Source: Nostoc sp. PCC 7120 = FACHB-418 (GTDB lineage Bacteria > Cyanobacteriota > Cyanobacteriia > Cyanobacteriales > Nostocaceae). From it: 32,000 bases of DNA. A program made the translations under genes and the position numbers. Of this stretch, positions 20,020 to 30,004 are shown one piece after another (the stretch's first letter is position 1; every line of letters begins with the position of its first letter). Location: positions 4,410,001-4,442,000 of the forward strand of contig NC_003272.1 of assembly GCF_000009705.1 (NCBI RefSeq). The letters run 5' to 3'. Below the pieces are notes generated by a model. That model was given only the letters and a program-made list of their open reading frames with translations. It made no database searches and was not told where the DNA came from.

Positions 20020-20413
20020 AAATAGAGAAATTGCTTAGTACTATATTTTCTTAATCCTTAGCCAATTAAATTGGTTAAGGCTCTGCGCCCCTCAGACTTT
20101 TCGCTGCGCTTAAAAATATTACAAACTTATTGGGCTCTTCAGTTCATTTTATGGAACAGAATAATAAATAAAACCCAAGGATAGCCTGTATTCATTGCTG
20201 TGACTGGGTTTTAAGTTTTTGAGCCTTTCTATAAAACTGTGATTTTAATGCTCCACCATAAAACCAACGCAAGAGCCACTTATTGAAAGCAATACTAAAT
20301 TAATATTTACCCTACAAATACCTACAATTATTAATTTTGTTAAACACTAAAAAATTAGGAGCTAGAGATAACTTACGCTTTAGATCATTATTTGATCATC
20401 AGTCATGGGTGAA

Positions 20414-20452
20414 AGGTAATGGGTAATAGGTTCTGCCAATTACTCATTACCT
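20414..20452. terminator. hairpin built from inverted ATTACC-type heptamers directly 3' of rpmF; the T-run is on the plus-strand side
   Basis: aggtaatgggtaat (20414-20427) pairs with attactcattacct (20439-20452), one G.U on the plus strand. The plus strand continues attttttt. Confidence 0.4.
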
Positions 20453-20458
20453 ATTTTT

Positions 20459-20632
20459 TTATTCTTCTTCGTCTTCTTCTTCCGGAGTAGGATAGACAAA
20501 TGTAGAACGTCCAGTCAAAATTGATTTACCCAAAGAGAGAGCTTTTTGCGCTTCCACAGCAGCCTTGTGTCTCCAGGTAGCTCGACGTTTATCTCGTTTT
20601 GATTTAGATGTTTTCTTCTTAGGAACAGCCAT
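20459..20632 (-). CDS. rpmF: 50S ribosomal protein L32
   Basis: [17 protein letters not shown] is the canonical L32 N-terminus. I place the start at the ATG 20632-20630 rather than the longer ORF start at 20659. Confidence 0.9.
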   Translation of the reverse strand: MAVPKKKTSKSKRDKRRATWRHKAAVEAQKALSLGKSILTGRSTFVYPTPEEEDEEE

Positions 20633-20831
20633 GATAGCCGATATCGCAATTCTTGACAACCTTCCTATTCTAAGCGATCGCTTGGCTAAGTCAAATGGAA
20701 AAGTTTCAGAGATTCATCAATAGCCAGTGGTCAGTAGTGATCTTTTCCCCTGCTCCCGAAGTTCGCCTGGAGGGAAACCCTCCTTGCGACTTCTCTTCCT
20801 GCTCCCTTGCCTTTGACTCCACCCCTAATAT

Positions 20832-21404
20832 TCACTTTGGTGGCTGATTCGCGGGTTCTACTGTTGGTTGCGGGGATGCGGCTGGAGATTCTGTAGGGAC
20901 TGGATTGGGATCTGGTGAGGGAATAGTGACGGCGGCGGCTGGGTTGGGAGCGCTTTGTGGCTGTTCAAAAAATAAGAGCGATCGCGCGCTTTTAAAGTAA
21001 GTTGCCCAACGTTGCGGATCAGGGCGGGTGCGCCATTGTTGACGGCTGACATCTAAGGCTAACACTGGTGCGATCGCTCCATTACTTTGTACGGAAATGA
21101 TCACGGAAATATCTGTTACCAAGATATCTTGATCAAAGCTCCTTTGTGCGGCAGCCCTAGCACTCATTTCTGCCCTGCGTAATATCGTTTCGTAGGCTTC
21201 ATCAGGTAATCTGTCGATAGTCAAGTCTACTCTGGCTGTGTAAGCCCGGACGATTTGCGGGAAAACCAATTCTGTTACAAGCCATACAGGAACAGGAAAT
21301 AAAAGCAAAAAGATTAACGGAAATGTCCGGATTTTTTTGTCAATTTGGCTAATAACTTTAAAGGGAATGATTGATGATAGTGGGTGAGTACTACTCCTGG
21401 TCAT
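20832..21404 (-). CDS. hypothetical membrane-anchored protein with a Pro-rich C-terminus
   Basis: 190 aa. One hydrophobic helix FPLIFLLLFPVPVWLV, a central globular part, and the tail PSPDPNPVPTESPAASPQPTVEPANQPP. Confidence 0.5.
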   Translation of the reverse strand: MTRSSTHPLSSIIPFKVISQIDKKIRTFPLIFLLLFPVPVWLVTELVFPQIVRAYTARVDLTIDRLPDEAYETILRRAEMSARAAAQRSFDQDILVTDISVIISVQSNGAIAPVLALDVSRQQWRTRPDPQRWATYFKSARSLLFFEQPQSAPNPAAAVTIPSPDPNPVPTESPAASPQPTVEPANQPPK

Positions 21405-21601
21405 AACCTGATAGCTCCTTAATTGAGGTTCTGTAATTTGAATAACTCAAGAAAATTTCCCGAAAGTGGAAGTAATAAAAAATACGTATCTTTAATGACT
21501 CAATGAGAATCTCCTAGACTATTAGACATAGGTTAGCTTTGTTTTTTCAGCAAAGCCAACCGCAATTTTAGGCAAGCACACAACAACCTACAAAGAGCGG
21601 G

Positions 21602-23551
21602 ATGGCAAACTACTGGGCGATCGCCATAGGCGTTAATCAATATCAATTATTTCAACCTTTACTTTGCGCCCAAGCCGATGCCGAGGCGCTAAAGGACTTT
21701 TTGGTTCACCAAGCAGGTTTTGTCAACCAACGCTGCTTGCTCATGACGGATACATCGCCACCAATTGACGATAGATCCACCTATCCAACTAAAGAAAATA
21801 TATTGCTGTTGCTGGAAGATTTAGCCGCAGCTTGTTGGCAGCCAGAAGACCATTTATGGTTCTTCTTTAGCGGTTATGGAGTCAACTACAACGGCAGAGA
21901 CTATTTAATGCCCACAGAAGGCGACCCCAAGCTGGTAGAAGAAACTGGCATAGAAATGCGATCGCTGATGCAAAGTTTGCAGCTAGCTAACCTCAATGTT
22001 TTGCTGCTGTTTGATATCAACCGTGCTTCTGCAAGCTTTGGGGATATTCCCGTGGGCAAAGAAATCATCGAACTAGCTGAAGAACTACAACTGTCCACCA
22101 TTCTTTCCTGTCAACCAGACCAGTTTTCTCAGGAAAGTAGAGAGCTAGGCCACGGCATATTTACAGGCGCATTATTATCAGCCTTGCGTTCTGGTTACGG
22201 CAGTAATTTAGGAGAATTAGAAAAATACTTAGGTGTTTTGACTCCCGAACTATCTCAGCATTACTGGCGACCTACACAAAATCCTGTAGCCTTTATCCCC
22301 TTTGAAGAACAGGCAATTTTACCCCCAGTAGAAACAACAAGCAATCCTGAAGTAGAACTGAGCGCCGCCGTACCTAGTACCTTAGAACCTTCGGAAGCCG
22401 AACCTATTATTTTTTCAGAAGAAAGTTTTGCTGTAGCCTTAACAGCACCATCCTTGGGGGAATCCCCTAGAACAACCTCCAAGCCCCCAAAATTTGGGAA
22501 ATGGGAAGACTCTCCCAGGTTTGAAACTAACGGTAATGGCAAATCACCCACTGTCACCCTAGATAGACAGCTATTTCCCATAAATACTGACTTCCCCCAA
22601 CTATACCAACCACCTATACCCGACGAGGAAGAAACAGGCGGGAGGTTCATCCCCAATGCTCCCCAACCCTACATCTCTCGCCTACCAAGCAATAAGCCAG
22701 AGCCTCCATTATGGAGACAGTTTTTGCTGTGGGGAGGTGGAACTATGGTCGTTGTAGCGTTAATTTCTATTATTCTCCTGCGTAATCAAGCCAGAGTTTT
22801 AAGAGCCAGACAGCAACTACCTACTGTTACTAGTGATTCACAAATCATTCAGACTCCCTCAACTCCTCGTCCAGTAGCCAAGGTAGCCCCACTCAATCGA
22901 CCAAAGAATCAGTCAACTGCCCAAATCGCCCCTATTTCTGAATCTAAAAAACGTAATCAAGCCGTATTAGACCTAGCAAAAATGTCTTTGAGACAGACTC
23001 AAGCTAGCGATCTCAGCTTGGCGATCGCCACTGCTAAGAAAATTAAACCCGGCGAACCACTCTACGAACAAGCCCAGGAAAATATTAAGATTTGGACTCG
23101 GATGATTCTCGATTTAGCAGAAGGTCGCGCCAAACAAAGACAATATGCCAATGCGATCGCAGCTGCTAAATTAATTCCCAAAGACGAAGCACTCTATCCC
23201 CAAGCTCAAACAACAATTTCCCAGTGGCGCTCAGAAGCTAAACAGTTTCTAGCTAATCAAACCCTGATAGATGCCGCTAACGCCTTAATTAAACAAGGGC
23301 AAGCTTCCACTTATAACCGTGCCATCGAAGTAGCCAAAAGAGTACCCCAAGGGCAACCAGGCTTTGATTTGGCACAAATATCTATTAATCAATGGAGTGA
23401 AAAAATTCTTGACCTCGCTAAAAATCGCGCCGATCAAGAAAATTTTAGTGCTGCAATTGCAACTGCTACCTTAGTCCCAGAAGGAACAGCTGTCTACGAA
23501 GATGCTCAAGAAGCCATCCAGAAATGGGAAGCGAGAAAAAAGAGTCAATAG
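21602..23551 (+). CDS. orthocaspase (peptidase C14) homologue with a substituted catalytic dyad, one TM helix and a C-terminal 4x repeat domain
   Basis: N-terminal caspase-like fold: YWAIAIGVNQY...FFFSGYG...LLLFDINRAS...GHGIFTGALLSAL. Tyr92 stands where the His is expected and Asn140 where the Cys is expected. TM helix LLWGGGTMVVVALISIILL. Four repeats fit the pattern A-x-A-x-A-x2-(I/V)-P-x5-Y-x2-AQ-x2-I-x2-W. Confidence 0.75.
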   Translation: MANYWAIAIGVNQYQLFQPLLCAQADAEALKDFLVHQAGFVNQRCLLMTDTSPPIDDRSTYPTKENILLLLEDLAAACWQPEDHLWFFFSGYGVNYNGRDYLMPTEGDPKLVEETGIEMRSLMQSLQLANLNVLLLFDINRASASFGDIPVGKEIIELAEELQLSTILSCQPDQFSQESRELGHGIFTGALLSALRSGYGSNLGELEKYLGVLTPELSQHYWRPTQNPVAFIPFEEQAILPPVETTSNPEVELSAAVPSTLEPSEAEPIIFSEESFAVALTAPSLGESPRTTSKPPKFGKWEDSPRFETNGNGKSPTVTLDRQLFPINTDFPQLYQPPIPDEEETGGRFIPNAPQPYISRLPSNKPEPPLWRQFLLWGGGTMVVVALISIILLRNQARVLRARQQLPTVTSDSQIIQTPSTPRPVAKVAPLNRPKNQSTAQIAPISESKKRNQAVLDLAKMSLRQTQASDLSLAIATAKKIKPGEPLYEQAQENIKIWTRMILDLAEGRAKQRQYANAIAAAKLIPKDEALYPQAQTTISQWRSEAKQFLANQTLIDAANALIKQGQASTYNRAIEVAKRVPQGQPGFDLAQISINQWSEKILDLAKNRADQENFSAAIATATLVPEGTAVYEDAQEAIQKWEARKKSQ

Positions 23552-23586
23552 TTATTAGTTCAAAACCCCACATTTTCCGCTAATGA

Positions 23587-23964
23587 CTAACAATACTGTG
23601 ATACATCCTCGCCGCATTCATCAGCTAAATAGCACAGCGCCCGGAAACGCAAACTAACGACTTCTTCATATAGAGGGTTGAGTTTACACAATGGCGGAAT
23701 GTGCAGCAGAGTTTTGCCAAATAAATTGATGTCGCGTTCAAAAGGACATTGAGCAGGAATTAGTTGACATAGGCGGTGAGCCAATAAGCGATCGCTCACT
23801 TCAATGCTGTCTAAGTAGCGTCTTAAGGGTCTGAGAATGTCCCAACCTGACTGAGACGGAGAAGTCTGCAACTGGGCTAAACGAGTATTGTTAACTTCTG
23901 TGTGACTTATCCAAACCCAGCTTGCAACCAAAAGCTTTTTTGTGGTATTATCAAATACCTTCAT
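23587..23964 (-). CDS. small Cys-containing conserved cyanobacterial protein; resembles the Mo-dependent-nitrogenase C-terminal domain family (assignment from memory)
   Basis: 125 aa. LCQLIPAQCPFERDINLFGK and LCKLNPLYEE blocks. Confidence 0.4.
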   Translation of the reverse strand: MKVFDNTTKKLLVASWVWISHTEVNNTRLAQLQTSPSQSGWDILRPLRRYLDSIEVSDRLLAHRLCQLIPAQCPFERDINLFGKTLLHIPPLCKLNPLYEEVVSLRFRALCYLADECGEDVSQYC

Positions 23965-24518
23965 GGTTATGCCTCTTCTTTTATGAGGGTATTCACCTTT
24001 CCGATGAACTTATACAGTGTGATAACTAGCTTGTCGGGAAAAAACGCTCATTAAAAGCGATATAACGTTAATTTGGGAAAAGTACTGAAGCCAGAACACA
24101 ACTTATTACTACGTCAAGTTAATCGCAATTTTCTCGGAAGTGGTAGTGTGATCACCCGATCTTATTCATAACTTGACACAGTTTAAATTTTAGTGAAGAC
24201 ATCTATCTTCGGGTAGAATTTGTAGTAATCTTCACAAAGATTAACACAAGTATTTTTGCTACTAAAAGAATATTTATACGGAAATAGTTTTATTGTTGGC
24301 TAGCTAGTGTAGAAACTATCTTTAAGTGCTAGCACTGACAAGAACCCATAAAAAACAGCGATTCTCATCCAATTTGCAATTTATGGCCTAATAGGGCTGA
24401 CGTATTTGGGTTTAGCCTTAGGCTGGCTGCATTCCGGGCTTACGGATGAACTGCACCACCATTGCCTTAGTTGGCTCTGCCTTTTTAATTGTCTTGGGTC
24501 ATAATATCGCACACCAAA

Positions 24519-24555
24519 GCGCAAAGACGCACAGGTTTTCTGAGCATCTTTGCGC
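24519..24555 (-). terminator. probable intrinsic terminator of rnj
   Basis: gcgcaaagacgc (24519-24530) pairs with gcatctttgcgc (24544-24555) with one mismatch and a 13-nt loop. On the minus strand it begins 31 nt after the rnj stop and is followed by TTTGGTGTG. Confidence 0.55.
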
Positions 24556-24585
24556 CTCTATGTGAGTTTTACCCCTGAATACTCT

Positions 24586-26355
24586 CTAAGAAGCTACTTG
24601 AGCAGCCGTCCGAGTCCGCCTCCTTCTACCATCAGCCACCTTCACAGGTGGCTCATCAGGAATTTGCATCAGCAAGGTCACTGATGGCTGACATTGCAAC
24701 TCACGACGAATAGAACGTTGCAACTCGCGCTCTAAAGTTCCTTGCAAACCACCCCAATCAATCTCAGGTTGTTCACCTTCAGAAGTCGTAAACTCTGACC
24801 AGCGCACGCCCAAAATTTCTTCAATACGCTGTTGTACCCATTTTTGTAGCAGCGATCGCTCTACACTAGTAACAACACCACGCAGGTGAATCTCTGGTTT
24901 AGCCAACAATTTACCTTGCCAATCAATAGCAGCTGCAATAGTTACAAGGCCTTCCTCTGCCATGCGTTGACGTTCTTGCAGTACTTTGGCGCTGACCATT
25001 CCAGAGCTTGTAGTATCCACCAACTCGATACCAGATTGAACTTTCCCCGCGACACGAATTGAGTCTTCAGTGAGTTCAATGATATCCCCATTCTGAATAA
25101 TTACCATATTCTCGGCGGGAATGCCTGTCTTCTGGGCGGTTTGGGAATGTTTCACCAACATCCGATGCTCGCCGTGGACTGGTACAAAGAACTTAGGTCG
25201 AGTTAAGGAAATCATCAGCTTTTGGTCTTCCTGACAGCCGTGACCCGAAACGTGAATTCCTTGGTCTCTTCCATAAACTACTTTTGCCCCTTGCTGCATC
25301 AATTTGTCGATGGTGTTGACTACAGCAATTGTGTTCCCTGGAATTGGGTTAGCAGAGAAGACAACAGTATCACCTTGGCGAATTTTAATATGGGGGTGTT
25401 CTTTGTTGGCAATCCTGGTCATGGCTGCCATTGTTTCACCTTGAGAACCCGTGGTGAGAACCAAAACATTATCATCTGGTAGATTGCGTACCATATGCAA
25501 GGGCTGCAACAGATTATCTTCACACTTGATGTAACCCAAATTACGAGCGTGGGCAATCAAGTTCAGCATGGAACGGCCAACGACTGTGACGACGCGGTTA
25601 TGCTTTTTCGCCAGTTGCAGAATCATGTTGATGCGATGGACGCTGGAAGCAAAGGTGGTGACGAATAGCCGTCCTTCCGCTTGACTAAAAACTCTATCTA
25701 GGTTGGGAAAAACTGATGCTTCTGAAGGGGTGAATCCTGGAACTTCGGAGTTAGTGGAATCGCTCAACAGACAAAGTACGCCTTTTTCACCGTGTTCTGC
25801 AAGGCGCTGCAAGTCAAATTTTTCACCATCAACTGGGGTGTGGTCAAATTTGAAGTCACCGGTGTGAATGACCACACCTAAAGGAGTGTGAATGGCAAGG
25901 GTGAAGCTATCAGCAATGGAGTGGGTGTTGCGGATGTACTCGACGAAGAAGGATTTGCCAATGCGTACAACATCACGAGGTAAAACTTTTCTTAATTCTG
26001 TGCGATCGCGTACTCCAGCTTCTTCTAATTTACCCTCTAGCATTGCCATTGCTAGTCTAGGCCCATAAATTACTGGAATGTCAAATTGTTTGAGGTGAAA
26101 AGCAATCCCACCAATATGATCTTCATGGCCGTGGGTAACAACCATACCTTTGATTTTGTGGCGATTTTCCCGTAGATAAGTCATATCTGGCAGGACGATA
26201 TTTACTCCGTGCATCGCCTCTGTGGGGAAAGCCAATCCTGCATCTAAGAGGATGATTTCATCATCGTATTCAAAAACGCAGGTGTTTTTACCAATTTCAT
26301 GTAAACCGCCTAAGGGAATAATTTTTAGGCCAGCATTAGTTTCGTTTTTAACCAT
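24586..26355 (-). CDS. rnj: ribonuclease J
   Basis: 589 aa. Metallo-beta-lactamase motif VTHGHEDHIGG, beta-CASP region, a C-terminal domain, and a basic tail. GGAGAA RBS. Confidence 0.93.
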   Translation of the reverse strand: MVKNETNAGLKIIPLGGLHEIGKNTCVFEYDDEIILLDAGLAFPTEAMHGVNIVLPDMTYLRENRHKIKGMVVTHGHEDHIGGIAFHLKQFDIPVIYGPRLAMAMLEGKLEEAGVRDRTELRKVLPRDVVRIGKSFFVEYIRNTHSIADSFTLAIHTPLGVVIHTGDFKFDHTPVDGEKFDLQRLAEHGEKGVLCLLSDSTNSEVPGFTPSEASVFPNLDRVFSQAEGRLFVTTFASSVHRINMILQLAKKHNRVVTVVGRSMLNLIAHARNLGYIKCEDNLLQPLHMVRNLPDDNVLVLTTGSQGETMAAMTRIANKEHPHIKIRQGDTVVFSANPIPGNTIAVVNTIDKLMQQGAKVVYGRDQGIHVSGHGCQEDQKLMISLTRPKFFVPVHGEHRMLVKHSQTAQKTGIPAENMVIIQNGDIIELTEDSIRVAGKVQSGIELVDTTSSGMVSAKVLQERQRMAEEGLVTIAAAIDWQGKLLAKPEIHLRGVVTSVERSLLQKWVQQRIEEILGVRWSEFTTSEGEQPEIDWGGLQGTLERELQRSIRRELQCQPSVTLLMQIPDEPPVKVADGRRRRTRTAAQVAS

Positions 26356-26670
26356 TTTCTCCTGAGATTGTTGTTTGTTGTTTTAGACTTAGTAAATTTG
26401 AAAATTCAGCTTCTTTTAGGAATGACAACATGAGCCTGCTTTTTACAAGCAGCTAAATTTTGATTAAATGTGCAAATTTCTGGTTCAATAAAGAGGAATT
26501 TTAAGTTGAAAAATTCATTGTATATTTATTAGGTTTTAGCACAAATTTTCAGACTATTAGAAGCTAGGCGGGAATAAAACTTTAATCATCAGATTTTTCT
26601 AATAAACCCCATTAGTTATTGATATACAGTTTTGGGAAATAGAATTTAACTAGTCCTTAGATAATGGTGA

Positions 26671-27573
26671 TTAAATTAAATCGAGATGTTTCATTACTGC
26701 TTCTAGTTTTTGACTGACTTCTGCATCAGCATCACTTAGCGGTGGACGGGTTGAGCCAACTTCCCAACCTTGAAGTTTTAGTGCTTGTTTAATGGGAATC
26801 GGATTTGTAGTGATAAATAAAGTCTTAAACAACGGCAAAAGTCGAAGATGAATATCACTGGCAACTGTCACTTGCCCAGAATTAAAAGCTTGAATCATCT
26901 GTTGTAGTTGGTTCCCTACCAGATGGGAAGCCACACTGACTACGCCTTTTGCCCCTATAGCTAACAAGGGTAAAGTTAACGAATCATCTCCAGCGTAAAT
27001 CTGGAATTCTTTTGGTGTCAAGCGACGGATTTCACCCGCTTGGTCAAGATTGCCACTAGCTTCTTTAACACCAACAATATTGTCGATTTCAGCTAACCGC
27101 ACAACTGTCTCTGGACTGAGATTTTGACCAGTACGACCAGGAACGTTATATAACAATAGCGGTAGCTCTGGACAGGCTTGCGCTATCGCCTGAAAGTGCT
27201 GGTATAGTCCGGCTTGTGGCGGTTTGTTGTAGTAAGGTACAACTTGTAAAGTACCATGTACTCCTATTTTAGCTGCTTTTTGCGTAGCTGCGATCGCTTC
27301 TTTGGTGGAATTGGAACCACATCCAGCTATTACCTTGGCTTTGCCTGCTACTGTCTGCAAAACTTCTACAAATAAATTGTATTCTTCATCCCAACTCAAG
27401 GTGGGTGACTCTCCAGTTGTACCACACACAACCAATGTATCTGTACCATTGTCAACTAAATTCGCTGCTAGTTCTGCCGCTACAGCATAGTTAACGCTCC
27501 CGTCCGCTTTGAACGGTGTAATCATAGCGGTTAAAACTGTGCCAAAATCTCCCACCCTCTTGTTACTCCTCAA
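26671..27573 (-). CDS. dapA: 4-hydroxy-tetrahydrodipicolinate synthase
   Basis: [14 protein letters not shown] and the Schiff-base Lys in VGVKEASG. The longest ORF starts at TTG 27573; the GTG at 27555 ([15 protein letters not shown], preceded by AGGAG) is the likelier start. Confidence 0.93.
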   Translation of the reverse strand: MRSNKRVGDFGTVLTAMITPFKADGSVNYAVAAELAANLVDNGTDTLVVCGTTGESPTLSWDEEYNLFVEVLQTVAGKAKVIAGCGSNSTKEAIAATQKAAKIGVHGTLQVVPYYNKPPQAGLYQHFQAIAQACPELPLLLYNVPGRTGQNLSPETVVRLAEIDNIVGVKEASGNLDQAGEIRRLTPKEFQIYAGDDSLTLPLLAIGAKGVVSVASHLVGNQLQQMIQAFNSGQVTVASDIHLRLLPLFKTLFITTNPIPIKQALKLQGWEVGSTRPPLSDADAEVSQKLEAVMKHLDLI

Positions 27574-27775
27574 TTTCCTTTTAATTATGTTGATCAGTTA
27601 TTTAGGTGTCAGATGACAGTTAACTGTTCACTGTCATTAGTCGAAAGTAGTCGGTCGCTTCTTGCTAGCTACTGACTTGGAAAAGTGCTGAGTTCCTAGT
27701 TCTTAACGCTCTTCTATTACTCTCGTTAAATAAAAATTCATAATCCTTGATTGTGAAGGCTTTGATAAATTTACG

Positions 27776-27877
27776 AGTAGGTTGGTTTGAGGAACGTAGG
27801 CGCAGCCTTCTCGTAGAGTAACCCAACACGAAAAGTCCTTGGTTTTGTTGGGTTTCACTCAAGTTCAACCCAACCTA
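27776..27877. repeat. ~100-bp nested palindromic MITE-like element in the asd-dapA spacer
   Basis: Ends gtaggttggtttga... and ...tcaacccaacctac are inverted. An inner pair, aacccaaca and tgttgggtt, is also inverted. The GTAGGTTGGGTT / AACCCAACCTAC theme resembles small dispersed Nostoc repeats. Confidence 0.5.
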
Positions 27878-27972
27878 CATTTTTTTCTTTCATCAGAGTC
27901 ATAAAAGAGCGCTAATCCCCCATACCTGATGCAGTTCATGATGGCTAATGACCACCGACCAATGACAACTGA

Positions 27973-29016
27973 CTACCTAGCAACATAAGCTTTTGTAGGT
28001 TGGAGTAAATTCTTTTCTACCAACAACTCGGCTATTTGTACCGCATTCAACGCTGCGCCTTTACGAATTTGGTCGCCACAAAGCCAGAGTTCTAAACCAC
28101 AGGGGTGAGAAATATCTTGGCGGATTCTCCCGACTAAAACTTCATCACGACCACTAGCTTCAATAGGCATGGGGAAGTAATTTTTTCCCCAATCTTCTAG
28201 CAATTTTACTCCAGGTGCTTGACTTAAAATTTCTCTAGCTTCATCTGGAGAAAATGGTTCTGCGAACTCTAGATTAATTGCTTCTGAGTGGGCGCGTAGT
28301 ACGGGAACCCGTACACAAGTAGCTGTAATTCTAATTTCTTGTGTACCAAAGATTTTGCGGGTCTCGTTGACCATTTTCAACTCTTCCTCACAATACCCTG
28401 AATCGGTCAAGGGAGAGTTATGGGGAAATAAATTAAATGCTAAGGGGTAAGGTAATACTTCGGCGACTGGTTCCTCACCTCTCAAGATGGCACTGCTTTG
28501 GGTTTTCACTTCTGCCATTGCTTTAGCACCTGCACCACTAGCAGACTGGTAAGTTGCTGCTACAATGCGTTGCACTGGTCTAACTTGATGTAATGGCCAT
28601 ACTGCCAAGGTCATCAAAATAGTGGTGCAGTTGGGGTTGGCAATGATGCCTTTGTGGTCGGCGGCGGCTTGGGGGTTTACCTCTGGCACAATCAGAGGAA
28701 CATCTGGGTTCATACGGAAGGCGCTGGAGTTATCAATAACTACTGCACCCTTTTCAACCGCTACAGATGCCCAAGCTTTGGATGTGGAACCACCAGCGCT
28801 GGCTAAAACTATATCAACATTTTCAAAGGCGCGATCGCTCACTGCCTCTACTATTATATTTTCACCTTGAAAGGGGAGCGATCGGCCTACGCTCCTTTCT
28901 GATGCCAATAATTTTAGTTCCGCCACCGGAAAATTCCGGCTTTCCAACAATTCCAGCAACTCTGTGCCGACAGCACCAGTTGCTCCCAAAATAGCTACAC
29001 GATACGTTTTAGACAA
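27973..29016 (-). CDS. asd: aspartate-semialdehyde dehydrogenase
   Basis: 347 aa. N-terminal GATGAVG Rossmann motif and active-site Cys in IANPNCTTI. Confidence 0.95.
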   Translation of the reverse strand: MSKTYRVAILGATGAVGTELLELLESRNFPVAELKLLASERSVGRSLPFQGENIIVEAVSDRAFENVDIVLASAGGSTSKAWASVAVEKGAVVIDNSSAFRMNPDVPLIVPEVNPQAAADHKGIIANPNCTTILMTLAVWPLHQVRPVQRIVAATYQSASGAGAKAMAEVKTQSSAILRGEEPVAEVLPYPLAFNLFPHNSPLTDSGYCEEELKMVNETRKIFGTQEIRITATCVRVPVLRAHSEAINLEFAEPFSPDEAREILSQAPGVKLLEDWGKNYFPMPIEASGRDEVLVGRIRQDISHPCGLELWLCGDQIRKGAALNAVQIAELLVEKNLLQPTKAYVAR

Positions 29017-30004
29017 ACTAAAATCCTCCTTCCTCAGAGGTTATGGTTAAGTTTTTGGTGGTCTCTTACAGATTTATAATTTATCCAGTCTTTGACAATA
29101 AGAATAATCAAATATTCAGTGCAAACTTTCCTGATTTTTAGCGATATTTCTTAAATAGGTAATCTAATTTTAAAGTTTACATAACTTTAATAAATGCAGG
29201 CTCTTACAGGAATTTCTGCTTAATTTCACCGCTTAATTAAAAAATTAACCCCATTATACAGTAAATCCCTATTGCAGAGAAAAATCTAGAGAAGAGTATG
29301 TTTTCAAGGTGATCTATAAAATTCACTCTGGGAAACAATCACACCTGTCTGTGATGTGGGTTAGATTGATCGGTAATGTACTATGATTCAATGTCAACCA
29401 AGTCAATACAATCAAACAATTTTGAATTGTACACTGACTTTTTGGTACATACCCTGTCTTTTGTAGGCAAAACAAATCTAAAATTAAAAATTTAAAGTTT
29501 CCCAGCCCTTTATCCTCGTGGCTAGAGTTAATCTAAGATAGTCTATTCAAAATCCAATACTGGTTTACTGTAAAGGCGTTAACGCTAGGACAATAAACAA
29601 ACTTGGCATTTTATTATAGGATACAGGCTATTGGTTTGTTGTTTGTGAAAACCAGGATATCACGATCATAGTCCCATAGAACCGATGCGGCCGGTTAACT
29701 ATGACTCTTTCGGTAAAGTTATAGCACTAAAATGTCAAGTTTTTTGCCATTAGCAGTAAACTGGATATCTACTGTAGGCCTAGAAATCTGCCTTGTAGAC
29801 ACTTCCCATTATCACCAAGAAACATTAACTCACAGAAGCGATGCAAAGCTACGAGTGCCAAGTTCTCATAGAAAAGTTCCCAGTAACGATGACTGAGTAA
29901 GCAATCTTGCTCAGAATTGAGAACTCAAAATCCGGCACTCATTTTGGTTAATCGCATCTTGTATGTACTTGGAGTCACAAACCCCCAAAATTTAGAGACG
30001 AAGC

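Noticed and set aside
20633-20659. Nine-codon N-terminal extension of rpmF (MSRIAISAI) from the longest-ORF start
   Set aside because: L32 universally begins MAVPKKK; the internal ATG at 20632 gives the canonical protein.
24340-24510. ~55-codon plus-strand frame encoding a hydrophobic peptide (..IYGLIGLTYLGLALGWLHSGL..)
   Set aside because: There is no ATG/GTG/TTG start after the upstream in-frame TGA, no RBS, and it is opposite in orientation to both neighbours. It may be a gene remnant at most.
27665-27868. 67-aa ORF in the asd-dapA spacer
   Set aside because: It is composed largely of the MITE-like palindromic element, has no RBS, and the translation is low-complexity.
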